In this document: positions 15,923 through 26,008 of the stretch, piece after piece
Layout: every line of letters begins with the position of its first letter
Position numbering within the stretch: the stretch's first letter is position 1
Source of the DNA: an uncultured Oligoflexia bacterium
Lineage (GTDB): Bacteria > Bdellovibrionota > UBA1018 > UBA6935
DNA: 64,000 nt
Direction: 5' to 3'
Assembly: GCA_964013565.1 (NCBI GenBank)
Contig: CAXGWU010000011.1
Location: 121-64,120, forward strand
Program-made: the position numbers and the translations under genes
Notes under the pieces: model-generated
Seen by the model: the letters and a program-made list of their open reading frames with translations, nothing else
What the model was told of the DNA's origin: nothing
Databases searched by the model: none

Positions 15923-17971
15923 TTATTTATTTGCATAATTAAAAAAATCATTCGCAAATCGAGATCCTTGTTTACGATGTTCGTGCATCATCAGATCGAC
16001 AAACCGAATGCAACTCAGCACATATGAGTCTTCATTGAAGAGGAAGTGCTCGGTAGGGAGGAATGTATCTTCTTTTTCTTTGAGGTCGTCTTGTTTATGA
16101 GAGGATTCTCTTACTTGTTTTTTTATTTCTTTTAAAAGCACGATTGTTTCAGGGGGCATCTTTTTTTTATTTTTATGGCCGATCCGTTTGTATTCAAAAA
16201 AGATCTTTTCTTCTATTTCAATCCTTTTGTCGAGCATGTCTTGTAGGATGAGAAAAAGGTAGCTAGGGGGTTCTAGGGTGCCGTATTCATAGAGTGTTCC
16301 CTTAAGGAAGGACGTTTCGTCTAATTCGAGTTCCCCCAGTAATCCGCTTGAACAGGTTTCTTTAAATTTTTCTGTAAGAGATTCAAAGTCTTTTATAGAT
16401 TCAATGACAGCGCTATGAGGAGAAGGAGGGCGTATATGAAATTCTGTATTCTCAAAAAAAGATTTAATTTGAATACACTTAGCTAATCGACTTTGATCTG
16501 TGTTTTTTACGCAGTCCTCGTATGCGACTTCAGAAGCATTCATAATTGTCTTTTGTTGTTCTAGAGATTGATTTCTTGGTTTTTCGTCGAGTTTGATATT
16601 GAGTCCTGAGAGCTCTTCGATGTTAGGAAACTCGCCAGAATTGTTAATAATTTTTTGATATTCAAAATAAATAACTTGATCATCGGGACTTAAAAGCGAG
16701 AGAACATAAAGGTAAATCAAAGGTTTTGTGTCAAAATCTTTTAGCTCCATTCCGAGTTGGGTTGATTGAGGAAAGGTATGGTACTCCTCGAGTTCTTTGA
16801 GGAGGATATCTCTTATGATGTCGACGAAGTCTTTGTTTCTGAAATTTTTTAAAAATCCCGTTAGTTCCGCTGCTTGAAAAAGAGAAAGGGATGAGTGAGA
16901 GTTTCGAAGTTGCTCATTGAGTTTTGGAATGTTTTCTATAAAATAATCCCCATCAAAATTAAGATTGTAAAAAAGATGAACGAAGAACTCTGATTGAGGC
17001 TTTGTATAAAACTCAATGAGAGTTTTATAGTATTGACGAGTGTAGAGACAAAAATTTTGCTTCAAACGCTTCAAACGATCGTATGGAAAATGACATTCAA
17101 AACTATCTTCAAAATCTTTCCACTCTTTAATGAAGTAGGGGTAGATCTTACTAAAAGTATCGATATGAGAAATTCCTTTGGATTGAAAGGAATTTATTTT
17201 TGGACTAATTGGCGCCATTTGATTAAATTTTTCGGTTTTACGATTTAAAGAAAAACTTTCTTTGGTAAGGTAGTGAAAAACATGATCTACAGAAGAAAGT
17301 TCATCCATATAATTTTCTTGAAACTTGAGGACTTCTTCTGAAGAAGTATTGAGATCGTAGAGTCGAAGTGCAAGAATTCTGAGATAAGGTTCTTTTAACT
17401 CAATCTCTTCAGGAAGAGATTCCATGGTGAATTTATAGAGTTCATATCCGGTCAAATCTCTTGATTCTTTGAGATAGGTATCTATTTTTTTTTCGAGATC
17501 TAAAAATTCAATTTTTTCAGGGGGGTAGAAACTTCCAAATAAATGGGCTTGAGTGACTGCAAATGAGATTCTGGGAAAGAACTCTGGTGTTTTATGAGTG
17601 AGTTTTTTTTCAATTTGATCAAGATAAGCTTGGTATGGAGTCAGTGCTTGGTATTGAATCAGCGCTTTTGATAGAGAGTCGTGAGTTTTAAAGTCACTAT
17701 CAAGCCAATGAGAATAGAGTTGATCGTCGTATGAAGTCTGATTGACCTCTTCTATAGAGGATTGAAACTGAGTCTTATAAGATGAAAAATATAGATTTCT
17801 TTTATTTCGAAAAAGGATCCATTGAAATTCCCGATAATCGCTTGCTGATTTTTTTCTAATCTTTACCATCAGTTCGGATTCTTTAGGGCTTTCGGTAGGG
17901 TTTTCGCCTTCGCCATCGCATGCAGCAAAACTAAGAGCGATGATTAGACCAAATACAGTTTTAATTTTCAT
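15923..17971 (-). CDS. Hypothetical lipoprotein (682 aa)
   Basis: Lipobox-like MKIKTVFGLIIALSFAACDGEG. No enzymatic motif recognised. Confidence 0.45.
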   Translation of the reverse strand: MKIKTVFGLIIALSFAACDGEGENPTESPKESELMVKIRKKSASDYREFQWILFRNKRNLYFSSYKTQFQSSIEEVNQTSYDDQLYSHWLDSDFKTHDSLSKALIQYQALTPYQAYLDQIEKKLTHKTPEFFPRISFAVTQAHLFGSFYPPEKIEFLDLEKKIDTYLKESRDLTGYELYKFTMESLPEEIELKEPYLRILALRLYDLNTSSEEVLKFQENYMDELSSVDHVFHYLTKESFSLNRKTEKFNQMAPISPKINSFQSKGISHIDTFSKIYPYFIKEWKDFEDSFECHFPYDRLKRLKQNFCLYTRQYYKTLIEFYTKPQSEFFVHLFYNLNFDGDYFIENIPKLNEQLRNSHSSLSLFQAAELTGFLKNFRNKDFVDIIRDILLKELEEYHTFPQSTQLGMELKDFDTKPLIYLYVLSLLSPDDQVIYFEYQKIINNSGEFPNIEELSGLNIKLDEKPRNQSLEQQKTIMNASEVAYEDCVKNTDQSRLAKCIQIKSFFENTEFHIRPPSPHSAVIESIKDFESLTEKFKETCSSGLLGELELDETSFLKGTLYEYGTLEPPSYLFLILQDMLDKRIEIEEKIFFEYKRIGHKNKKKMPPETIVLLKEIKKQVRESSHKQDDLKEKEDTFLPTEHFLFNEDSYVLSCIRFVDLMMHEHRKQGSRFANDFFNYANK

Positions 17972-18127
17972 TGCTGCGATGTATCATTTGAGAGCTTCGG
18001 GTTCAACTAAAAATTGATTTTTTAAGTCATGTAAATTTCAGGCAGTATTGCTCTTAACTAATTGTTTATAAAGATAAAATTTTTTAGAAAAGAATTGTTG
18101 ATCGTTATTGGTGGTTAATGTACTTAA

Positions 18128-19186
18128 ATGCTCATGACGCGTCTTCTTTGTTTTATCTTAGCTCTTCTTACTTCTGAGGTTAGTTTTGCGACAGAAAAAA
18201 CGAAAAACCATCAGGCTTGCCAAGCGTTGTTTAGAGCGTTTGAAAGAAGTCATTCTGTTTTTCGAGGAAAGACTTACGGAGTGATTCAAGAGCTTTCTGC
18301 TATCAGAAAACACAATCTTAGAGTACGAGACGTAAAGCCAGATGTTTATTTTTTGAATGTAAACTCAGAACATACTTCTCAAAGGAAAAAAGTGGCTTCT
18401 CAAATTTTAGGGATTGAACGTCATTATGAAATTGCAGGCTCTGAAGAGGCTCCAGAGTTTAAGGTCAGAGGGTTTCGTTTAGAAGGAGAGCAGCAAATTG
18501 AAAATTTCCTCTCTGAAATTGAAAGTTTTCAAGAAGATTTTGGAAAAATGATTAAAGATCAAAAAAAGTTTCTAGGTAATCCGAATTCTTTTTTTTACAA
18601 GTTTGTTACGTCTTCGATGCTTTCGGTTGGAGTCTTTTTTTTAATTTACCCTTTTATCAATCAATCTTCAGAGGGTTGGTTGGTTTCAATTCCAGTCCTC
18701 TTGATGAATTATCCTGCACTTTTAAAGAAAGGGACTTTTTTGTTTTTAAAGGACCTTGAAAGTAATCAAATGACTTTAAATTTACGAAAATCTTTTGAAT
18801 CTCTCAAACAACACGAAGGATGGAGCTATCAGTCTGAATCATTTGTGTTTTCTCGAGGATCACAAAAGCAAATCAACCAGCTGAGCTCTTCCCCTGAAGA
18901 AAGATATTCGCAGTTGTATGCCATCGATGAGAATGAATCATTTAATGATTTTCAAATGCGGCTTCCTCTTTTTAAGAGGTTTAATCGAAACTGGAAAGAT
19001 CTCAAAAAAGAGTGGGTGGGGGTGGATTTCATGATGATGAGGAACGCAGGGAGACCTGTGGAATTATTCGTTGTTCTTCGAAGCAGCGGTGAAAAGCCGA
19101 AGTTCCCCAGAAAGAAAGCCGCTAGAAAAGAAAAAACCCTTATTGAACAAGCACAAGGCTCATGGGTTCCGGTTCGAGTCCGTTAG
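18128..19186 (+). CDS. Hypothetical protein with signal peptide and internal hydrophobic segments
   Basis: MLMTRLLCFILALLTSEVSFA signal. Mid-protein hydrophobic stretch VGVFFLIYPFI. Confidence 0.4.
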   Translation: MLMTRLLCFILALLTSEVSFATEKTKNHQACQALFRAFERSHSVFRGKTYGVIQELSAIRKHNLRVRDVKPDVYFLNVNSEHTSQRKKVASQILGIERHYEIAGSEEAPEFKVRGFRLEGEQQIENFLSEIESFQEDFGKMIKDQKKFLGNPNSFFYKFVTSSMLSVGVFFLIYPFINQSSEGWLVSIPVLLMNYPALLKKGTFLFLKDLESNQMTLNLRKSFESLKQHEGWSYQSESFVFSRGSQKQINQLSSSPEERYSQLYAIDENESFNDFQMRLPLFKRFNRNWKDLKKEWVGVDFMMMRNAGRPVELFVVLRSSGEKPKFPRKKAARKEKTLIEQAQGSWVPVRVR

Positions 19187-19255
19187 TTGAGATTAAATTC
19201 TAAAGAAGACTAAAATAGTATTGAATAAGTGGATGAGATTCGATATACCGCTAGA

Positions 19256-20662
19256 ATGACTAACCGAGTTATGTTTTCTTTAGCAATTGTCTCCCTTTTT
19301 TATGGAACCTTGGGATTTTCTCAAGAGAATGAATCAACGACCGCGTTGGCCGTTGTGGAATCCAAAGAGATTCAACAGGGAGATGAGATTAAAGAGGAAA
19401 ATAAGCCCTCAAAAAATATTTACCGAGTGTTTCCAAATGGTTCAGCAAGAGCTGCTTTTATGGGAGTCTTGAAAGAGGTTTGGGAGGAACTTTACCCTCA
19501 GTCGAGTTTGATTGACGAGATTGACGACATTAACATTAATGGAGAAGAAGTTATTGATGTGAGTGAGGCGAGTTCTGGTTTGGATCGAACTCGTCTATTA
19601 ATGGAAAAAAGGGCACAGAAATTTGCTCGTCAGAAAAGTCAAAAAGAAAGAGCGAGTGAAGAGTCAGAACGCATTGCTAATAAACTAAAATTTTTAGCTC
19701 ATTATTCTACATTGTTGTCCGGAGATAAGAAATCTTCGGATGATGGGAAGCAGGCTTTTGTGGGTTCTGATGACAAGGCTGTGGAAAGCTTTAAGTTTTT
19801 TAAAAAAAATTATTGGTATCCGGTGGTGCTTGAGGGAGAGTTCCCGAATGTGAGAGACACTCATAAGGCAGATGTGGATATTGCTCTTCACATGGTTTTT
19901 ACATCTCTTCGATTTCTTTATGAAGGTCCTGATTCCGCTTCTTTAAAGCAGTTAGAGAATTCTATTAACACTCATTATGAAGAGCGTAGCATTCAACATG
20001 CTTTTTTAAAATCAATTCCAAAAAGTGAAAATGAGGCTTTAGCTTTACTTGAAGTTGGAATTTTAAGTTTAGTTAAACTTTCAGATGAAATTCCGAAATT
20101 AAATGAAGAAAGAGCGAGCTCCTTTTTGATGAGAAACCCCATGGAGATTGCTGGTGCTGTCATGGGATATGGTTTTTATGCTGCAGGTGCCGGAACGGTT
20201 GGAGTTGCACTCGGTCTATTAGCAATGAAAGCGGCTTTTGCATCTTTCGTGATTTCCAATACGCCTCGATTTCTTGTAAAGGTCAATGAGGTTCGACGCG
20301 CACGTGGAGAAGAACCTATTTTTAAAAATTTAGACCGTTATTTTGCTTATCGGATGAAAGCAAAGGGGAGAAGAGGTCTTTTTAGTAGACTATTAAACCC
20401 TTTTGGATCGATTCAAAAAGAACTTCCTCAGTCTTCTAAAACACAGCTTCTTGCCCTTCCTCAAGGACAAACGATTGATTACCTAAATGAGTCTTATCAG
20501 CTTTTAACGCTAGCTTTAAGAGCAATTGCAGCGGAACATAATGCTTTAAGACGGGATGAGAAGGAAATTGAAGTGATCGACTTGAGAAGTGGACTCCTTG
20601 AAGTCATGGGATGTGACACACTCTTTAGAGCCGCTTTTAAAATTCCCTCATTAACGCAATAG
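19256..20662 (+). CDS. Hypothetical secreted protein
   Basis: ATG at 19256 gives MTNRVMFSLAIVSLFYGTLGFSQE as signal peptide; the ORF track starts at 19229. The C-terminal half carries a hydrophobic stretch. Confidence 0.4.
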   Translation: MTNRVMFSLAIVSLFYGTLGFSQENESTTALAVVESKEIQQGDEIKEENKPSKNIYRVFPNGSARAAFMGVLKEVWEELYPQSSLIDEIDDININGEEVIDVSEASSGLDRTRLLMEKRAQKFARQKSQKERASEESERIANKLKFLAHYSTLLSGDKKSSDDGKQAFVGSDDKAVESFKFFKKNYWYPVVLEGEFPNVRDTHKADVDIALHMVFTSLRFLYEGPDSASLKQLENSINTHYEERSIQHAFLKSIPKSENEALALLEVGILSLVKLSDEIPKLNEERASSFLMRNPMEIAGAVMGYGFYAAGAGTVGVALGLLAMKAAFASFVISNTPRFLVKVNEVRRARGEEPIFKNLDRYFAYRMKAKGRRGLFSRLLNPFGSIQKELPQSSKTQLLALPQGQTIDYLNESYQLLTLALRAIAAEHNALRRDEKEIEVIDLRSGLLEVMGCDTLFRAAFKIPSLTQ

Positions 20663-20668
20663 CAAATT

Positions 20669-21745
20669 GTGATAAGGATGAGAAAAGGGGGAACTGTGCT
20701 TTATAAAGTTATTGGTGTTCTCAGTCTTATTGTCTTTACGTTGATTATTGTGATTTATAAACTAAATTTTTTTCCTCGTTCGAGGCAAAAAGCAAAGCTT
20801 GTTTGTAATACCGACCGTACTTGGGAAGGAACTCCTTTAAAAATTCTTTCATGGAATGTTCAGTATTTTGCTGGAAAAAACTATGTCTTTTTTTATGATA
20901 AGTTAGATGGGAGTGGACCAGACCTAAGGCCTTCGTCAAAAGATATCGAGCAAACGTTAGATGAAATTGCAAATGTGATTGTATCGGAAGATCCTGATAT
21001 CGTTTTGTTACAAGAAGTTGATGAAGGAGCTAAGAGAACAGATCATCAAAACCAAACAGAGTTACTACTTCAAAGACTTCATGACCGTTACCCTTGTTTT
21101 GCGGAAGCTTTTTATTGGAAGTCTAAGTTTGTTCCTCATCCTAAAGTGATGGGGTCCGCAGGGATGAAGCTTGTCACCCTTTCTAAATATCAAATCCACT
21201 CAGCTATGCGAGAACGGCTCACCCAAATCCCAAAAGATTTTATTTCACAAGCTTTTGATCTAAAACGAGCGATTTTGGAAGTTATGCTTCCTCAAAAAAA
21301 TGGAACAGCTGTTCGTATTTTGAATACTCATTTAGATGCATTTGCTCAAGGAACCGATACTATGGAAAAGCAAGTTCATCACGTTAAGCAAGTTCTTGAT
21401 CGTGAAGAAGTCTCTGCAGTCATTGGAGGAGATTTTAATCTTCTTTCTTCAAAAAAAGCATTTCATTCTTTATCTCAAGAAGAACAAAGCTACTATAATC
21501 CAGATTCTGAAATTAAGGAGCTCGTTGAAGCTTACCCTAGTATTCCAAGCTTAAAAGACATGGAAAGTGATCCAGAAAAGTGGTTTACGCATTTTCCAAA
21601 TGGAAGTCGTTCTTCAAAGCCTGATCGAACGATTGATTACCTTTTTTATAAAAAAATGAAAGTCTCTGAATCCTACGTATTACAAAAAGAAGCGATTCAG
21701 TGGTCTGATCATTTTCCGGTAGTTGGAATATTTGACGTTGAATGA
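20669..21745 (+). CDS. Endonuclease/exonuclease/phosphatase (EEP) family protein with N-terminal membrane anchor
   Basis: LKILSWNVQYF, LLQEVDE and GGDFN are EEP catalytic-core motifs. N-terminal hydrophobic helix. Confidence 0.6.
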   Translation: MIRMRKGGTVLYKVIGVLSLIVFTLIIVIYKLNFFPRSRQKAKLVCNTDRTWEGTPLKILSWNVQYFAGKNYVFFYDKLDGSGPDLRPSSKDIEQTLDEIANVIVSEDPDIVLLQEVDEGAKRTDHQNQTELLLQRLHDRYPCFAEAFYWKSKFVPHPKVMGSAGMKLVTLSKYQIHSAMRERLTQIPKDFISQAFDLKRAILEVMLPQKNGTAVRILNTHLDAFAQGTDTMEKQVHHVKQVLDREEVSAVIGGDFNLLSSKKAFHSLSQEEQSYYNPDSEIKELVEAYPSIPSLKDMESDPEKWFTHFPNGSRSSKPDRTIDYLFYKKMKVSESYVLQKEAIQWSDHFPVVGIFDVE

Positions 21746-21747
21746 TT

Positions 21748-22068
21748 TTAATGCCCTGTGCATTCATAGGTCGTGTTTTTATAGAATACGGACTCTCCTG
21801 GTGCGAGGTATTTTATTTTACTCACAATAAAGTAACCTTGGGTTGCACTTTGAATTTGTTGAGGTTGAGGACAGAATTTACATAAACCTTCATCTGCTTG
21901 TAGTTTTGTGCAGAGGTTGGTGCAGTAAACTCCTTCCATTAAAGATCCGTTCGTCCCTTCGGGGCTAGTAATGAAGGAGTAATCAATTTTTGATTCACAT
22001 TCTTCAAGTGCAGTACTTGCGAGACATTGAAAAGAAATAAAAAAGACCAGAAGTATTGTTTTCATTGC
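21748..22068 (-). CDS. Small cysteine-rich secreted protein
   Basis: Start at internal ATG 22068 gives signal MKTILLVFFISFQCLASTA. Mature part contains 8 Cys. Confidence 0.35.
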   Translation of the reverse strand, partial: AMKTILLVFFISFQCLASTALEECESKIDYSFITSPEGTNGSLMEGVYCTNLCTKLQADEGLCKFCPQPQQIQSATQGYFIVSKIKYLAPGESVFYKNTTYECTGH

Positions 22069-22236
22069 GGCGTTTCTATTGTTAATGAGTTGTTGTGTCA
22101 AGTTACGAAGAAAACGGTAAGTTAAATATTGATCCTGAGATTGATGTTCAAGTGGCTTGGCTTCATTGTCTTCTTGAATCAAAACTTGCTCCTTTTTTTT
22201 AAAAAAGGTATGACGCAGGTGTATGGAGGACTATTG

Positions 22237-22704
22237 ATGAAAACCTTACTTTTGCTATCTGTTTTATGGAATGCTTCTGCTCAAGCAATGGTTTTAACTG
22301 CTACCCAAGATTCCGAGTCTCAGGCACTGACTTTGTTCATCGCAGGGGGGATTCTAACGAATCTCGGGGCTCATGCGGATGCAACGCAAGTAGGGTCTTT
22401 TGTGTTTCTGGGTGGAAAAAAGATGAAAATCGTTGGAGTTTCAGTAGATGAAAGTGAAGCTGAGTATCTACAGGTGAGTCCAAAAAATACGTTTCTATCT
22501 AAAGCAAAAAGTATTTTTCGGTCTTCCATCGATGTAGAAAAAATCGAAAAAGAGATCCAGTATTTGCATTCGATCGAGCCTTTTCAGTTTTCAATAAAAT
22601 TTAAAAAAGGTTCAAACCGAGTATTAGAACTTCAAAAGAAATTTAAAAGAGAGCTGAATATCCAAATGAGTCATCAGCTTGCTTCTGTGTTTCTTAAGAT
22701 TTAG
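22237..22704 (+). CDS. Hypothetical secreted protein
   Basis: ATG at 22237 gives signal MKTLLLLSVLWNASAQA; the ORF track starts at 22129. Confidence 0.35.
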   Translation: MKTLLLLSVLWNASAQAMVLTATQDSESQALTLFIAGGILTNLGAHADATQVGSFVFLGGKKMKIVGVSVDESEAEYLQVSPKNTFLSKAKSIFRSSIDVEKIEKEIQYLHSIEPFQFSIKFKKGSNRVLELQKKFKRELNIQMSHQLASVFLKI

Positions 22705-22711
22705 TTCGATC

Positions 22712-22735
22712 GAGCTGTTTTTTTCTGAACAGCTC
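22712..22735 (+). terminator. Hairpin downstream of the 22237-22704 gene
   Basis: gagctgtt-tttttctg-aacagctc, an 8-bp stem. There is no strong T-tract after it, so the call is weak. Confidence 0.25.
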
Positions 22736-22881
22736 TCTTAGACATTGCATAGCTGAAAGAGTTTCGTGGTTTGCTCTTTCCTGCTTTATTTGTCTTTTCA
22801 ATCGTTCTTGCCAACTTCTTTTTTAACATTCCAATTCTTTTAGCCATGGCCGGGACCATAGCACAAGAATAACGGTTTCGG

Positions 22882-24086
22882 CTAGCTTTTAACTTGTTTT
22901 GATCTCCATGCTAGAAGTCCAGGAGCAATTAAGGTCGTTACTGCAACCATGGCTACTACTGCGGCATAATCGGTTTCATTGAGGACTTTTAGTTTAGAGC
23001 CCATTGCTGCAAAGATTAACCCGACTTCGCCCCTAGGGATCATTCCAAAACCAATCAGAAGACGATCAGCACCTTGGGCTACTGATTTTTTACTAATGAC
23101 ATATCCGCAGACCATTTTACCAATGATTGCCACAATGATGAGAATTCCAGCGATACTCAGGGATTCTCCACTTGCAAATGCACTGAGTTTTACACTCATT
23201 CCCATAACAACAAAAAATATTGGAACTAAAAAGTCTGTTATTGGTTTCATCAGATGCTCTAAAGAGTATTCCCCTTTTTCTTTGTATCCTTTGAAATGAA
23301 TATCTTCGAGAGCCATTCCGAGGGCAAATGCTCCAATAATTCCTTCTAATCCTGAAAGCTCAGCAGTCCATGCAACAATCATAGTGAGTGAGAATAAAAG
23401 AATCGTGATTGTTCCAGAGACCTCAAGAGGTCGAATCCGCGAAAGAACGTTGGGTAAAAAGAATCTTCGAAGAAGAATCACTCCTCCTCCAAAAAGAAAA
23501 ATCTTTCCGAGTAAAGTGGCAAGTTGGATCATAGAAACAGATCCTTGGGTAACGAGGGCGGAGACGACGGTGAGGACAATGATGCCTAGGACATCATCAA
23601 TGACCGCTGCACCGATGATAATTCGTCCTGAAATACTGCTCAGTTTTCCTGTATCTTTAAGAACGGCTGCTGTGATTCCTACGCTGGTTGCACAGAGTGT
23701 CGCCCCCATAAAAAGGGTGTGATTAAAAGTACTTGTAGGAATGATCCATGGGATGACTAAGAAAGCCAATGCAAAAGGTGCAATGACTCCTGCAATTGCG
23801 GCGAGTCCTGCATCTTTTCCTACTTTGGTGATTTCAGTGATGTCTGTTTCTAGTCCAACAATGAAGAGGAGAAACAAGACTCCCATTTCAGATAATGAGT
23901 GAGCAATGTCTGAGTGTTCAAGGATATTGAACTGTGTTCCAATGAATCCGCCTAGATTACCAAATAAAACCCCGGTGAGGAGTTCAGCCAGAACCGAAGG
24001 AACGCCAAAGCGGCTAACGATTCCCCCCAAAAGTTTTGCAAAAATTAAAGCACATCCCAACAGCGCGAGTAAGTCGATTAAATGCA
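22882..24086 (-). CDS. Cation:proton antiporter (Na+/H+ exchanger family, CPA)
   Basis: Polytopic, about 12 TM. Pattern typical of NhaP/KefB-type exchangers. Preferred start is the ATG at 24086 (MHLIDLLALLG…). Confidence 0.7.
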
Positions 24087-24246
24087 TATCTTCTGTATGC
24101 CATGGACAAAAAAGACTGTCAGGCCTTTTATTTCTCAATGAGTCAGCTTAGGGTCAATTATTTGACTTATTTAATTTTTATTAAAAATCCGATATCATAG
24201 GCTAGTCACGATGGACATGTGACGTCAATGTGAAGGGCTTTCAAGG

Positions 24247-25974
24247 ATGAAAAACAAGTGGGGAATACTTGGAATCTGTATTTTGATTCTGGGGTTTCAT
24301 TTAAAAGCAGAACAGTCAGATAAGCTTCAGGTTTCTTTGCTTTCAGATAATGAGCCTACTATTAAAAAAGAAACTTTTGATCAGGCTTTGAAAAAAAAGA
24401 AACTAGGAATTGATCTTGAGTCTCCAAAGTATCGGGGGTTGAAGTCCTACGCCCAATCCTATCTATTGTTTAAGCAAAATAAACTTTCTTCTTCAGCAAA
24501 GAGTGAACTTATTGTTTCTTGTCTTGTTTCCCATGAAAAAAATCCATTCTGTGCAGTCATTGCCGACGAATCAGAAATGGGAATGGGATCTTCTTTTACT
24601 TCTGATGGACTAATGAAAAGAGAGACAAGGCCTCCTCTTGATTTAGATACGATTGGTGAGTTGATTGTTGCAGAAGAATTTAAAAAACTTTATCAATATT
24701 CTCGATCCTCAATTCTTAGGTCATTGCGGAAGTTTGATACCTGGGAGTCATTAACAATGGTTGCTAATGCAGCGATTTCAGGCTCTCAATGTGCTCCTGC
24801 TGTTTTTTTAACCGCACTTGGACAAAAAGCAGAAGAGTTTTTTCCTGAAGAACGATTTGTTCAGCTTGCGATGAAGCTTTATAAAAAAGCTCATCAGTGC
24901 GGAGAACTGAAGGATGAATCAACGACCATTGCTCGTTATCGGTATGCACTTTTAAATATTTGGAAACAAGACTGTGATGAAGCGCTTCCTTTTTTAAAAG
25001 CCTTAGAAGAAGGAAATGATGATCGTTTTCATACTCGAGTTTTATATTGGAGTGGATACTGTCTTCAAAAAGAAGATTCAGTAGATGAGTCAGAAGTTTA
25101 TGTTGAAAAAATGATGGTTCATAATCCACTCAGTATGCATGCGATTTCAATGCATGCAAAAAAAGAATATCCAATCGAAGCGGTTCAACCGGATCAACCT
25201 CCTGAAGTATATTTTCGATCAGAAAATGATGAACGTTTAAATCAGTATCTGAGATCGATTGAAGTTCTTTACCGTATGAAGAAGAGTGGATATGCTCAAG
25301 AGCTCTTAAGAAGAATTGAACCTGAATTAAAAAAAGATCTTCCTGAAGTAAAGCTCTATGGTGCGCTTCTTGCCAAATGGGTTGGGTCTCAATTTGTCTC
25401 TTTTCGGATGCTGTCTCTTTATATGAAAGAAGTTCCTCAGTCGATTCATGAAAAGGTCTTTGTTCAGTTTTATCCGTATAAATATAAAAAATGGATCAAA
25501 AGATATGCGAAAGGAATCGATCCCTACCTCATTGCTGCTTTGATTCGCCAAGAAAGTGGGTTTCTTCCAGGAATTCGTTCTCCAGCTGGAGCAGTAGGGT
25601 TAATGCAACTTCTTCCATCGACTGCACGTATGATGAAGCGAAGAGTAAATCGTTGGAGTCTGAAACGTCCTGCTTTGAATATTCGTTTGGGGACAAAGTA
25701 TTTGAAACGACTGGTCAAACGCTATGATGGAGAAACAGAGCTTGCACTCGCTGCGTATAATGCGGGACCTCAGAATGTGGATCAGTGGTTAAGAAGGTAT
25801 CCTGTTCACAATCGAATGCTTTTTCTTGATCTCATCCCTTTTGCAGAAACCAGAAACTATGTCGTTCTGATTGGTAGAAATTATCATTGGTATCGTCGTC
25901 TTTACTCGACAAGAACTCCAGCGACTCAAAAAGTCTCAGCGAAATTTGAGGCGCTTGAATCTTTTTTACAGTAA
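24247..25974 (+). CDS. slt: Soluble lytic murein transglycosylase (Slt family)
   Basis: C-terminal SLT catalytic domain: AALIRQESGFLPGIRSPAGAVGLMQLLPSTA … AYNAGPQNV. N-terminal signal and superhelical repeats. Confidence 0.75.
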   Translation: MKNKWGILGICILILGFHLKAEQSDKLQVSLLSDNEPTIKKETFDQALKKKKLGIDLESPKYRGLKSYAQSYLLFKQNKLSSSAKSELIVSCLVSHEKNPFCAVIADESEMGMGSSFTSDGLMKRETRPPLDLDTIGELIVAEEFKKLYQYSRSSILRSLRKFDTWESLTMVANAAISGSQCAPAVFLTALGQKAEEFFPEERFVQLAMKLYKKAHQCGELKDESTTIARYRYALLNIWKQDCDEALPFLKALEEGNDDRFHTRVLYWSGYCLQKEDSVDESEVYVEKMMVHNPLSMHAISMHAKKEYPIEAVQPDQPPEVYFRSENDERLNQYLRSIEVLYRMKKSGYAQELLRRIEPELKKDLPEVKLYGALLAKWVGSQFVSFRMLSLYMKEVPQSIHEKVFVQFYPYKYKKWIKRYAKGIDPYLIAALIRQESGFLPGIRSPAGAVGLMQLLPSTARMMKRRVNRWSLKRPALNIRLGTKYLKRLVKRYDGETELALAAYNAGPQNVDQWLRRYPVHNRMLFLDLIPFAETRNYVVLIGRNYHWYRRLYSTRTPATQKVSAKFEALESFLQ

Positions 25975-26008
25975 GATCATTCTCAAATCTGTTTTAGGAG
26001 AGGCGAGA

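Noticed and set aside
19150-19190. tRNA T-arm-like motif GGTTCGAGTCC (ggttccggttcgagtccg) at the 3' end of the 18128-19186 ORF, which raised the possibility of a tRNA, tmRNA or island att site
   Set aside because: The flanking bases do not form a 5-bp T-stem (only 3 bp can pair). No acceptor-stem or CCA context is visible. The motif lies inside an open reading frame, so a chance occurrence is more likely.
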